Positions 1 to 10,000 of a stretch of DNA of 64,000 nucleotides are shown here, piece by piece; position 1 is the first letter of the stretch; each line of letters starts with the position of its first letter. The notes under the pieces were generated by a model that saw only the letters and a list, made by a program, of their open reading frames with translations, was not told the DNA's origin and made no database searches. The position numbers and the translations under genes were made by a program. Source of the stretch: an uncultured Thermoplasmata archaeon (GTDB taxonomy: Archaea > Thermoplasmatota > DTKX01 > GCA-020343715); the NCBI GenBank assembly GCA_965369625.1, contig CBDUQW010000004.1, positions 5,391 through 69,390 of the forward strand, in the 5' to 3' direction.

Positions 1-1147
1 CCAATTCCTCGTCCGTCATTGATTCCATGATGACCCGGAACTGCTTGAGGCGTTCCTGGGTGTTCTCGATGTCTCCCTGGCTCATCCGGCCGGTCAGGCC
101 GGCGGGCAGCATGTCGAAGATCTTGGACAGGGGCCCCATCTTGGACATGGCCTCCATCTGGTCGTACATGTCCCTGAGGGTGAAGCGCCCCGACATCATC
201 TTCTTGGCGGTGGCCTCCAGGTCCTGCTCCTGGCCGAGCTCCTCCGCCTTCTCCAGAAGGGCCTGGAGGTCCCCCATGCCCAGCAACCTGGAGATGAAAC
301 GGGCGGGCTCGAAGGTCTCCAGCTCGTCCAGGTGCTCGCCGGTCCCTATGAACATCACGGGGGCCTTGGTCTCCTGCACCGCTGAGAGGGCGCCACCGCC
401 CTTCGCCGTCCCGTCCATCTTCGTGATGACCACGCCGGTGATGCCCACGGCCTTGTGGAAGGCCTTCGCCTGGGGGCCCGCCTGTTGACCCACGGCCGCA
501 TCGATGACGAGGAGTATCTCGTCGGGCTGGGCCACCTTCGCGATCCGTTCCATCTCCCGGATCAGGTCATCCTCGAGGGCGTGACGACCCGCGGTGTCGA
601 TGATGACGACGTCCCGGTCCTTGAACTCCTTGAGGCCCCTCTTGACTATCTTCACCGCGTCCTTCTCCTTCCGGTCCAGGTAGATGGGCGTGTTGATCTG
701 GTCCGCTATCTGGGCCAGTTGGTCCATTGCTGCGGGCCGGTGGACGTCCCCCGCGACGAGGCCCGTCTTGAGGCCCTTCTTGCTGAAGAACAGGGCCATC
801 TTGCCCGCGGTGGTGGTCTTGCCCTGGCCGTACAGGCCCACGAGCATGATGCGCTGCCTCTTGAGCTTGACCGGCTTGGCCGCGCCCAGGATGTTCACCA
901 GCTCGTCGTGGACTATCTTGATGACATGCTCCCTGTTGTTCATCCCCGGAGGGGGCTTCTCGGTGAGGGCCCGATTCTCGATCTCCCGGGTCAGATCGAC
1001 CACGAGCTGGACATTGACATCGGCCTGGATCAGCGCCCGCTGTATGTCGCGGACCACTTCCTTGATCAGGTCCTTGTCGATGTGGGGGGCGTTCGCGATC
1101 TTGCGCAGCGTGTCGCGCAACGAGCTCGAGAGGTTGTCCAACACCAT
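1..1147 (-). CDS. srp54: Signal recognition particle GTPase SRP54, 3' end runs off the window
   Basis: Manual minus-strand translation from ATG 1147: MVLDNLSSSLRDTLRKIANAPHIDKDLIKEVVRDIQRALIQADVN, then GLYGQGKTTT (G1), DTAGRH (G3) and TKMDGTAKGGGALS (G4). Absent from the ORF track because it has no stop within the window. Confidence 0.96.
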   Translation of the reverse strand, partial: MVLDNLSSSLRDTLRKIANAPHIDKDLIKEVVRDIQRALIQADVNVQLVVDLTREIENRALTEKPPPGMNNREHVIKIVHDELVNILGAAKPVKLKRQRIMLVGLYGQGKTTTAGKMALFFSKKGLKTGLVAGDVHRPAAMDQLAQIADQINTPIYLDRKEKDAVKIVKRGLKEFKDRDVVIIDTAGRHALEDDLIREMERIAKVAQPDEILLVIDAAVGQQAGPQAKAFHKAVGITGVVITKMDGTAKGGGALSAVQETKAPVMFIGTGEHLDELETFEPARFISRLLGMGDLQALLEKAEELGQEQDLEATAKKMMSGRFTLRDMYDQMEAMSKMGPLSKIFDMLPAGLTGRMSQGDIENTQERLKQFRVIMESMTDEEL

Positions 1148-1243
1148 GGGGCGCACCTTGGCAGGCTCCCCCAAAGCGACAGGGGATAGATAACCCTTAC
1201 CCCTCCAGCGGGCCCGATGGAGAACGGACTGGAGAGGGGGGGG

Positions 1244-1273
1244 ACGGCCCGCGGACAATAATCCCCGGGCCGT
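1244..1273 (-). terminator. GC-rich hairpin followed by a pyrimidine tract; putative 3' end of the small transcript
   Basis: Minus strand ACGGCCCGGGGA-TTATTG-TCCGCGGGCCGT (11/12 bp stem) followed by CCCCCCCCTCTCC. Confidence 0.45.
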
Positions 1274-1277
1274 GGGG

Positions 1278-1350
1278 GTGAGGGTTGAATGGGCTAGCTT
1301 CGTCAGAAGGGATGGGATGCACTCTTAACCAAAACCAGCTCTACCCTCAC
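1278..1350 (-). ncRNA. Putative structured small RNA (long irregular hairpin); alternatively a leaderless 15-aa micro-ORF at 1303..1350
   Basis: Ends pair perfectly (GUGAGGGU/ACCCUCAC). Inner stems GCUGGUUUU/GAAGCUAGC and GUUAAGAG/CUUCUGAC use G-U pairs only on the minus strand. BRE-TATA (CGAAAAGTATAAAT) lies 31 nt upstream. Confidence 0.5.
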
Positions 1351-1374
1351 TGTAAGAATTATTCACCCGGGGGG

Positions 1375-1408
1375 ATTTATACTTTTCGTCGTAAATCGAA
1401 AGGTATAA
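1375..1408. promoter_or_regulatory. Back-to-back BRE/TATA elements forming a 12-8-12 inverted repeat
   Basis: TTATACTTTTCG-TCGTAAAT-CGAAAGGTATAA (11/12 match); each arm reads as purine-rich BRE plus TATA on its own strand. Confidence 0.55.
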
Positions 1409-1446
1409 GAAAAAACGTACCACCCCAGGTATACTGGCTCTCCGTC

Positions 1447-3099
1447 TCAGTACCTCTCGGTCTGCAAGGAGAGCAGATCCTCGGTGGACAGCTTCTCGCC
1501 CTTCTTGAAACGGTCCATCATATCCTCGGCGACCTGCTTCTGGGCCTTCTCCTGGCGGTCCTTGCGGACACGACGGTCGCGACGACGTAGACCCGAGATG
1601 AACTTGTCGTAGTCGTGGACCTTCCGGATGAGGTCGATGTGGGCCTTGTGCTCGGCGTCGGCGAGCTGCTTGTTGTTGATGAAACGACCCTGGCAATCGT
1701 CAGCCTTCTTCCGGATGTCGTCCGCCTGCTCGTAGAGCTCGATCATGGTGTCATGGGCGGTCTGGGCCTGACGGGCCAGTTCGGAGACGTGCCGGTGCTG
1801 GGCCTCGGCCTCATCCTTCGCCTGTCGGGCATCCTTGAGGGCCGTCCGGATCTCCCGGTTCTCCTCCATCTTCTTCTCCTGATCGTCGATCTGCTGGTTC
1901 AGCCGCTGGATCTGGGTCATCAGCTCCTTCTCCTTGTCGGCTGAGAGGACCTGGGTCATGGCCTTGAACTCCATGGCCTTCCGCTCGTTGCGCAACCGGT
2001 TGAGGTTGGGACCACCCGTCTCACCCTGCCGCTCCCGCTTGAGCTGGTTGACCACCTCGTTGAACTCGGTGGCCTTCCTGTTCAGATCGTCACGTATCAC
2101 CTTGGACTCCTTGACCTCGGTGTTGAGGCGGTTCCGTAGGTTCCGTTGCTCGTTGGCGGCCTGCACCAGCTCCCGCACCTGGGCATTGTAGGTGTCACGT
2201 TCCCCGGCCAGCTGCTTCGTGATGCCGTTGAGCCTGTCGCGCTTGAACTTGTGCTCCTCGGCCATTCCATTGAGGCGATCCCTCTTGCGCTCAAGGTCGG
2301 GAAGGACGTCCAGCGTGGCCGTCTCGATGTCGCCGTACTCGTCCCGGAGCTCGTCCGCGAAGGTGCGTTCGGGCTCCTTGGGCTCGCTCTCGGGCTTCGC
2401 CTCACCCTCGGGGGCCTTCCCGGCCGCCTCTCCCTTGGGAGCCTTCCCGGCCGCCTTGGCCTTGGGCTTGGCCTTGGGCTTGGCCTCGGGCTTGGCCTCG
2501 GCCGGGGCCGGGGTCTCGGGGGCTGGTCCGGAGGGCTTCTCGACCGCCTCCGCCTTGGGTCCCTTGGCAGGACCATCGGCGGGCTTCGCTGCAGGTTCCG
2601 CCGCTGGTTCCAGGGCGGGCTTCTCGACGGGTTCGGGTAGTGCCTTGGCCTCATCGGCCTCGGGGAGCTCCGGAGGCTCCTCGGTCGCCGGTAGCTTCTT
2701 GGGCACCTTCACCTTCCCGGGTCCCTTCGCCTTCTTCGGCTCCTTGGTCGCCTTGGGTTCCTTGACAGGTTCCTCGGAGGGTGCCTCGGGAGGTTCCTCC
2801 TTGGCCTTTCCGACCGGTTTCTTCGCCTTCTTCGGCTTCTTGGTCGCCTTGGGCTCCTTGACAGGTGCCTCGGAGGGTGCCTCGGGAGGTTCCTCCTTGG
2901 GCTCCTCCGCTGGTTCCTCCTTTGTCTTCACGACTGGCTCCTCCGTCTTCTCGGCCTTCTCGGCCTTCTCGACGGGCTCCGTCTTAGAATCCGCGGCCCC
3001 CTCGGGGACCTTTTTCTTCTCTTCCGCCCCTTGCTCCACTGCGTCCTCTTTCGTTTCGGTTACAGGCGTTTCGACGTCAGTGGGTTTCTCATCTGCCAT
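1447..3099 (-). CDS. Archaeal coiled-coil protein (COG1340-like) with long disordered Pro/Glu/Lys/Ala N-terminus
   Basis: Start ATG 3099 (MADEKPT). C-terminal ~270 aa are heptad-rich and end FKKGEKLSTEDLLSLQ, typical of the COG1340 family. Confidence 0.8.
   Translation of the reverse strand: MADEKPTDVETPVTETKEDAVEQGAEEKKKVPEGAADSKTEPVEKAEKAEKTEEPVVKTKEEPAEEPKEEPPEAPSEAPVKEPKATKKPKKAKKPVGKAKEEPPEAPSEEPVKEPKATKEPKKAKGPGKVKVPKKLPATEEPPELPEADEAKALPEPVEKPALEPAAEPAAKPADGPAKGPKAEAVEKPSGPAPETPAPAEAKPEAKPKAKPKAKAAGKAPKGEAAGKAPEGEAKPESEPKEPERTFADELRDEYGDIETATLDVLPDLERKRDRLNGMAEEHKFKRDRLNGITKQLAGERDTYNAQVRELVQAANEQRNLRNRLNTEVKESKVIRDDLNRKATEFNEVVNQLKRERQGETGGPNLNRLRNERKAMEFKAMTQVLSADKEKELMTQIQRLNQQIDDQEKKMEENREIRTALKDARQAKDEAEAQHRHVSELARQAQTAHDTMIELYEQADDIRKKADDCQGRFINNKQLADAEHKAHIDLIRKVHDYDKFISGLRRRDRRVRKDRQEKAQKQVAEDMMDRFKKGEKLSTEDLLSLQTERY
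2725..2900. repeat. Intragenic 96-bp-period direct repeat (2 copies of ~80 bp)
   Basis: cttcgccttcttcggct.cttggtcgccttggg..ccttgacagg... at 2725 and 2821; encodes EEPPEAPSE.PVKEPKATK.PKKAK twice. Confidence 0.9.
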
Positions 3100-3321
3100 G
3101 AATGGTCCTCTGGGCGGTCGTGAATACTGGCAGCCGGATGGTCCGACTCTTGGCCCAATACACTTCTTATTAATATAATTTGCTGACATCCGACGGGCTT
3201 GTTCTGTGCGATTGGTCGTTTTCAGGGCGATTTTGTACCTTCACCCACCTCCCGTACGAAGTTTTAATACTCGCAATCGTCATCGCACGGTTCCACAGAG
3301 AATGGCTTGGACGGTGAGGTG

Positions 3322-4278
3322 ATGGAAGAGGTCTGGATAGAGAAGTACAGGCCGAAGTCCCTGTCCGATGTTGTGGGACAGAAGGAGATCGTGGAGAGGC
3401 TCCAGGCCTACGTGAAGAGCAAGAGCATGCCTCATCTCCTCTTCTCTGGAAGGCCAGGCACCGGTAAGACCACCTGTGCCATCGCCCTGGTCCGAGAGTT
3501 CTTCGAGGATGACTGGAAGCTCAACTTCCAGGAGCTGAACGCCTCCGATGAGCGTGGCATCGATGTGGTGCGCCACAAGATCAAGGACTTCGCACGGATG
3601 GCACCCATCGGCAGCGACTTCAAGGTCATCTTCCTGGACGAGGCGGATGCGCTGACCTCGGAGGCCCAGGCGGCCCTCAGGCGGACCATGGAGATGTACA
3701 CCCGCACCTGCCGTTTCATCCTCAGCTGCAACTACTCCTCCAAGATCATCGAGCCCATCCAGAGCCGGACCGCCGTGTTCTCCTTCAGGCCCCTCCGACC
3801 CGAGGACGTCAAGAAGTATCTGGGCATGATCGCCAAGGTCGAGGGCCTTAAGATCGAGGAGGACGGGATGGAGGCCCTGGTCTACGTGGCCCAGGGCGAC
3901 CTGCGCAAGGCGACCAACTCCCTCCAGGTGGCTGCCGTCCTGGGGACCAAGATCGACGACGAGGCCATCTACAGGTCCACCCAGACCGTAAGACCCGACG
4001 AGATCAGGGACCTCATCAATACCGCCCTGGAGGGCGACTTCGCCAAGTCGCGGAAGTCCCTGGAGACCATCCTCATCGATTACGCCCTCTCGGGGGAGGA
4101 CCTGATCCGCCAGATACACCGCAACGTGTACGACCTCCCGATAAAGGAACGGGACAAGGTCCGCCTGATCGACAGGATAGGCGAGGTGGAGTTCCGGATG
4201 GTCGAGGGCGGCAACCCGAGGATACAGCTGGAGTCCCTCCTTGCCCACTTCGTCCTGATGGGAGAGGACCTCCTCTGA
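3322..4278 (+). CDS. rfcS: Replication factor C small subunit
   Basis: WIEKYRP, GRPGTGKTT, ELNASDERGID, LDEAD and RFILSCNY RFC boxes; SD GGTGAGGTG before ATG 3322. Confidence 0.97.
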   Translation: MEEVWIEKYRPKSLSDVVGQKEIVERLQAYVKSKSMPHLLFSGRPGTGKTTCAIALVREFFEDDWKLNFQELNASDERGIDVVRHKIKDFARMAPIGSDFKVIFLDEADALTSEAQAALRRTMEMYTRTCRFILSCNYSSKIIEPIQSRTAVFSFRPLRPEDVKKYLGMIAKVEGLKIEEDGMEALVYVAQGDLRKATNSLQVAAVLGTKIDDEAIYRSTQTVRPDEIRDLINTALEGDFAKSRKSLETILIDYALSGEDLIRQIHRNVYDLPIKERDKVRLIDRIGEVEFRMVEGGNPRIQLESLLAHFVLMGEDLL

Positions 4279-4345
4279 GCCTGGTTCCCATTCCCGGTAC
4301 CCGCCGGGGAAGGATTAAGTACGGCGTCCCGAGATAGAAGTCCCC

Positions 4346-5173
4346 ATGGGAGACCAGGAGCCCGAGAGGAAGGGGTTCGTCGACGGCAGGCTGGTCGTCG
4401 TCCTGATAGTGCTCGTCATCCTGCTCGGGATCGCCCTCATCATCGTGCCGATGGTGGTGTACCCCGATGTGATAGTCCACGAGGACAGGGCGACGCCCAC
4501 CAACGGTTACATCACCAACGACTGGGTCGAGCTGGAACCCGGGACCTACGAGGTCTGGACGACCACATCGTTCTTCGGGTTCTTCGGTCTGGACCAACCC
4601 ATCGTCTACGTAAACGACACTGCAGGTTCCCCCATCGATGTTGACGATATCTTCAGCGGCGATGACCGACGGATCGATGGCAGGTCCTGCCAGCACTTCG
4701 CCACCTTCGAGATCAAGGAGAGGGGCGACTACAACGTGACCATCATCGCGGGTCTGCTGGCAATGGATCTCACTGGCACCACCGACATCTACGTATTGGA
4801 GGAGCGTCCCGCGGCCTACGGCGCGATGCAATGGTCGGGGCTCCTTCTCATCCTGGCCGGCGTCGTGATCATGGTGGCAGTGGCCTTCATCCGATGGTCC
4901 AAGGGCGCAGACGAGCGGGAGAGGCAACGACGCGAGAGGGCCGCCCAGATGCCTCCGCCCTACCCGCCCCAGGGGTATCCTCCCTATCCCCCCCAGGGCC
5001 GACCCCCACCGCAGTACCAGCAGTACCCTCCACCCCAGTATCCACCACCTCAACCGCCCCCGCCGCAACCGGGATACCAGCCCTATCCACCACCACCCTC
5101 ACCTCCACCTCCACCTCCGCCGGGAGCTCGGCCTCCGCCTCCCCGGCCTCCCATGGCACCGCCGCCGTACTGA
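4346..5173 (+). CDS. Membrane protein (2 TM) with proline-rich C-terminal tail
   Basis: Hydrophobic N- and C-terminal helices flanking a beta-rich domain; tail with PPPYPPQGY repeats; TATA-like ATTAAGTA 32 nt upstream. Confidence 0.8.
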   Translation: MGDQEPERKGFVDGRLVVVLIVLVILLGIALIIVPMVVYPDVIVHEDRATPTNGYITNDWVELEPGTYEVWTTTSFFGFFGLDQPIVYVNDTAGSPIDVDDIFSGDDRRIDGRSCQHFATFEIKERGDYNVTIIAGLLAMDLTGTTDIYVLEERPAAYGAMQWSGLLLILAGVVIMVAVAFIRWSKGADERERQRRERAAQMPPPYPPQGYPPYPPQGRPPPQYQQYPPPQYPPPQPPPPQPGYQPYPPPPSPPPPPPPGARPPPPRPPMAPPPY

Positions 5174-5221
5174 GGCCGCACGGCCGAAACCCCCAAAAGG
5201 GCCGGGGTCAATCCATGGGAG

Positions 5222-6139
5222 ATGAGCCGAGCCGAGGGGGAGCGCCGGGGAAGCGTCTTCCGGATGGTGTACGACGTGCTCATGGTCACGTCGGCCCAGT
5301 TCTGGATAGTGGCCGCGGCACCGTTCTACATCGGATGGTTCCTGTCCACCCGCACGATCTGGCCCGACTGGCAGGTCATCCTGGGCCTGATCATCGTGGG
5401 ACCGATGATCGCCGGCTCCACACTGGCCTACAACGCCTACGCCGACACCAGGGTCGACCTCTTCAATCCCAGGAAGGCCCATCTTGCCTATGTCACCGGC
5501 TGGATCAGCCCGGAGGTGGTGCTCAACCTGGCCAGGGGACTGGCCATAATGGGCATCTTCCTGTCGCTGTTCCTGGGATGGGAGTTCACGGTCCTCATCG
5601 CCCTTTCTGCGCTACTCTCGTTCCTCTACTCCAATCCGTGGACCAAGCTCAAGAGCGTCGCCGGGGGCGACGTGCTGGTCAACATGATCGGCCTGGGCAT
5701 CCTCATTCCCCTGGCAGGATGGGCCGCCTCGGGGGTCAGCATCTCGGAGTTCCCCCACTGGTACCTGCTGCCGATCCTCTTCGCCCTGGGCTCCCTCTAC
5801 TGCCCCACCTTGGTACCCGACTACGAGGCGGACCGCAAGGCGGGATACAAGACGCTGGCCGTGACCCTGGGCCGGAGGCCTGTCGTCTGGCTCGGCCTCG
5901 GGTTGCTGGTGGCCTCCGTCGTCACCAACCTTGCCAGCGGCGCGATGGAGTACGTGCTCTCCCCCGGGCTCGTGATGCGGGTCTGGCCGATATACGCGGC
6001 CCAGGTCGTGATGTACGGCCTCTACAGCAGGGAGGTGTCCTACCGCGGGATGCTGGCCACAATAGGTACCCAGTGCATAGGACACGGGGTGGGCGTCGGT
6101 TTCATGATGTATGCCCTGGCGGGCATCTGGTCGGTGTGA
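5222..6139 (+). CDS. UbiA-family prenyltransferase
   Basis: Multi-TM protein with Asp-rich motifs NAYADTRVDLFN and PDYEADRKAG, plus YSxPxxxxK. Confidence 0.88.
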   Translation: MSRAEGERRGSVFRMVYDVLMVTSAQFWIVAAAPFYIGWFLSTRTIWPDWQVILGLIIVGPMIAGSTLAYNAYADTRVDLFNPRKAHLAYVTGWISPEVVLNLARGLAIMGIFLSLFLGWEFTVLIALSALLSFLYSNPWTKLKSVAGGDVLVNMIGLGILIPLAGWAASGVSISEFPHWYLLPILFALGSLYCPTLVPDYEADRKAGYKTLAVTLGRRPVVWLGLGLLVASVVTNLASGAMEYVLSPGLVMRVWPIYAAQVVMYGLYSREVSYRGMLATIGTQCIGHGVGVGFMMYALAGIWSV

Positions 6140-6142
6140 CGG

Positions 6143-6430
6143 CTACTTCCTCGGGGGCTTGGTCCGCCTGTACAGGAGCGCGGTGTGACCTCGCCGTTCC
6201 ACAACCTCGGCCCCCAGCGCCTCGGCCAGGATCTCCGCCATGTCCCCCTCGGCGTCCCTCTCGCCCCCGGCGGCACCCCGCTGGAGCCGGACCTTGACCA
6301 GGTGGTTGCGCTTCAGCTGGGCGTCCAGCTCGGCCAGCACCCCCTCGCTGATGCCTCCCTTCCCCAAATGCACGGTGGCGTCTATCCGCTGACCCTCGGC
6401 GCGGAGCTTCTGTCTCAGGTCCTTGTCCAT
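6143..6430 (-). CDS. yhbY: YhbY/CRM-domain RNA-binding protein
   Basis: TVHLGKGGISEGVLAELDAQLKRNHLVKVR ... GHTALLYR. Confidence 0.92.
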   Translation of the reverse strand: MDKDLRQKLRAEGQRIDATVHLGKGGISEGVLAELDAQLKRNHLVKVRLQRGAAGGERDAEGDMAEILAEALGAEVVERRGHTALLYRRTKPPRK

Positions 6431-6435
6431 CTACA

Positions 6436-6798
6436 TCATCCTCCATCCTCCACCGGGGAAGGCGCCTCGGGCACTGGCCTGGGTGCCAGGGGGATCCTGC
6501 TCACGTGGCCGCACCGCAGGCACGTCGTGACGACCCGGCCGCGATTGAGACGGGTCCTCGATGTGGTGCCCGGCAACAGGTACCCGTAGCATCCCCTGCA
6601 GAACCGACGGCGGTACGTGGTCGGGACCCTCACGTTGTATCGCATCCCGACCCGTCGGGCCATGTCGACGTATCGGTCCGCCATCTCCATCCGCCCCGCG
6701 ATCGCCGCCCGGTCCGCCTCCTGCATCAGGAGGTCTATCCGTTCCCAGGTGATCTGGACCATCTCCTTGGTCCGTCTGCCACGGCCCCTTCGCGCCAC
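6436..6798 (-). CDS. rnp4: Ribonuclease P protein component 4 (Rpp21/Rpr2)
   Basis: ERIDLL...ADRYVDMARRVGMRYNVRVP..YRRRFCRGC...TCLRCGHVSRIP zinc ribbon; probable GTG start 6798 within ORF 6436..7314. Confidence 0.93.
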   Translation of the reverse strand: MARRGRGRRTKEMVQITWERIDLLMQEADRAAIAGRMEMADRYVDMARRVGMRYNVRVPTTYRRRFCRGCYGYLLPGTTSRTRLNRGRVVTTCLRCGHVSRIPLAPRPVPEAPSPVEDGG

Positions 6799-7005
6799 GA
6801 CCGCCGGTAGGCCACGGTCCCTAGATAACGCTTGCGGGGCCCATGCCTCGCGACATCTGTCAATATCTGCTCGCCCCGGGGGGAGGTCCAGGGGCGTTCC
6901 AGTGTGGGGCCAGACCCATCCACGAGGGGCCCCAGCGCATGGATGGGTCCCGGTGCCGCAAGGGGAAACGCCTATATATGGACTCCAGGGTACCAACGGG
7001 TGCCC

Positions 7006-10000
7006 ATGGCAAATAGAGGCCTCGCCGTTCTGGTCATCGTCGTACTGGCCTTGTCGATGCTGCCGCCAGTGACGGCACTGGCTCCCGTCGATGGGACCGA
7101 CGGGTCCGCGCCGGCGGAGGGTCCTGACCGCTGGTGGCTCACGTGGCCCAGCGACATGGACCGGGACGGCATCCACGACTGGCTGGAGGACCTGGCGCGG
7201 GACGCGCTCGCGAACGACCCCGACTCCCGGCTGGACATCGTGGTCGACCTCGAACGGGTGCCCAGCTCCATCGACGTGGCCCGCCTCGAGGGCCTGGGAA
7301 TGGAGGTCCAGCACGTCTCGGTCTACGTGGACGCGGTCCTCGGCTCCGTCCCGGTGGGCAACCTCGACGCCATACGTGCCCTGCCCGGCGTCGTCATGCT
7401 GGAGGCCCAGGGACGCGGCGTGTTCTTCCTATCGTCGGCGGTCCCATCCGTCGGCATCGACTACGTCCATGAGGACCTTGGCTTCGATGGCACGGGCGTC
7501 ACCGTGGCCGTGCTGGACACCGGCATCAACGCGAACCATGTCGCGCTGGACGACCTGGACGACTCGAGCCTCACCGACGACCCCAAGCTGGTGGCATTCT
7601 TCGACGCCTACGCCAACACCACCGCCGTCCCCTACGACTCTGGCGAGCACGGCACCTGGGTGGCGGGTATCGCCACCGGGACCAGTGGTGGCAACAGCCC
7701 CCACGTGGGAGGGGCTCCCGGCGCGAAGCTGGTGGGGGCCCGTATCGGCAGCCCGGGCGGGTTCCCCGAGTACACCGCCATGCGCGGCCTCGAGTGGGCC
7801 ATCGCCAACAAGGATACCTACAACATCTCCGTCATGGTCTGTTCCTGGGGCATCGTCCTGGGCGGTCCCAACGACCACAACGGCAACAGCGCCATCTCCA
7901 GGGCGGCGGACAGGGCCGTCGAGGCGGGCATCAGCGTTGTGGTCGCCGCGGGCAACTCGGCGCTGTCGGCCACCGTCACCTCCCCGGGTGACGCCCACGA
8001 CGTGGTCACCGTGGGAAGCGTGAACGACAACCACCGGATCTCCTCCTTCAGCTCCGAGGGTCCCACCACCGACGGCAGGACCAAGCCCGACGTGTGCGCC
8101 CCTGGAGAGGACATCACCGGGGCTTGGTCCAAGTCGAACACGGGGTACTACGAAGGCGACGGGACCTCCGCCGCGGCACCCCTGGTGGGCGGGTTGATCG
8201 CCCTGATGCTGGAGGCCAACCCGGACCTGACACCTGCCCAGGTCAAGCAGATACTCCACGAGGCCTCCGAGCACAACACCGAGTTCAACGCGAAGTACTT
8301 CCGGACCCCCAATAACGGCTACGGATGGGGCGTGGTCCATGCCCCAGGAGCCGTGAGCCGGGCCCGGGACCTCCGAGCCCCCTCCATCGACATCCCCGTC
8401 AGCATCGACTCCGGCGAGGAGCTGGACCTGACCATCGAGGGGTCCTACGTCAGGACGCAGTACACCGACCGGGGGGAGAACGGCCAGAGCCGTTTTGGCG
8501 ACGACGAGGTCATCATAGAGATCACCGTCCCGGACGAATGGGACCGCCCCAGCAGGACCACCTCGACGATGGAGGGGGACATCATCGCAACTGGGACGCC
8601 GGCGGTCACGTCGGAGGACGGGCACTACCTGATAAGGGTCACCTACAGGGTGATAGACAATGTCGACTCCATCACCGTGGGGACGCCCACCATCACCTTC
8701 ACGACCGTGGCCCCCGTCACGTCCTCGGCGGAGACCTACACCTTCACCACAAGGGAGACCCTCAACAACATGGCGGGACCGGAGGGACGCACCCGGGTCT
8801 CCGTGGGTGGCAACGTGCCCCCCGAGATCCAGCTGACGAACCCGGACGGGGGTTCGGACACCGCCGACGCCTTCTACGTCATCCGGTGGACCGACGACGA
8901 CCCCGACGACAACGCCCGCATCACACTCTACAACGACCCGGACACCGACCCGGCCAACGGAAGGGTCCTGATAGTCTCCAACCTGGCGGAGGACCCGGAG
9001 GGCGAGGGTGACGCGTACGTCTGGGACACCTCCACCCTCGTCGAGGGGAGGTCGTTCTATATCCAGGCCGTCATCGACGACGGGGCCAACGAGCCCTTCT
9101 CCACCTACAGCGCGAGCGCGGTGACGATACGGCACACCGGGGGCAACTCGCCCCCCTCCATCGAGGTGCTCCAGCCCGACGGCGATGCCGACGTGGCCGA
9201 CCTGACCTTCACCATCGAGTACCTGGCCTATGACCCCGACGACGTGGCCTCGGTCTCCCTCTACTGGGACGCCAACGATTTCGGCTACGACGGCACGACC
9301 ATCGTCCGGGACCTGGACGAATCGGACGGGCTCGGGACCTACATCTGGGACACCTCGACCATGGAGGAGATGGAGAGCGTCTACGTCTACGCCGTGGCCA
9401 GCGACGGGCAGAACCCCCAGGCCAGGGCCTACGGTAGCGGTCCGCTGACCATCGGACACGACAGCGGTCCGAGGGTGGAGTACTGGTCCCCCACGGACCA
9501 GGACGTCCCATTGGACGAGCCCGTGGTGGTGACCTTCGACAGGGACATGGACCACGAGGCGACGGAGGCGGCCACCTCCATCGTCCCCTCCGTGCCGGGC
9601 ACCTTCTCCTGGACGGCGCAAACGATGTTCTTCACGCCCGCTGGGGGCTGGACAGCGGAGACCGACCACACGGTCACCGTATCGACCGGGGCCCTTGACG
9701 CAGAAGGCGAGGCCCTCGTCGAGGTCCACCAATGGTCCTTCAGGACCACCATCAGCTCCACGCCCACCGACCCACCGACGGTGGCCATCACCACGCCCGT
9801 GCAGGACGCGACCGTCTCGAGCTTCGTGATGATAGAGGGGACGGGCCGGGACATCGACGACAACGGCAAGGTCGAGGTGCGGATCGACGGCGGCGACTGG
9901 ATGAAGGCCACCGGGACCACGAACTGGTACCTGACGTGGGATTCCGAGCAGACCACCGACGGTCGTCACACCATATCGGTCAGGGGCACCGACGGAAGGG

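Noticed and set aside
1278..1350. SRP (7S) RNA next to srp54
   Set aside because: Far shorter than the ~300-nt archaeal 7S RNA, and lacks the helix-8 GNRA tetraloop and conserved internal-loop motif.
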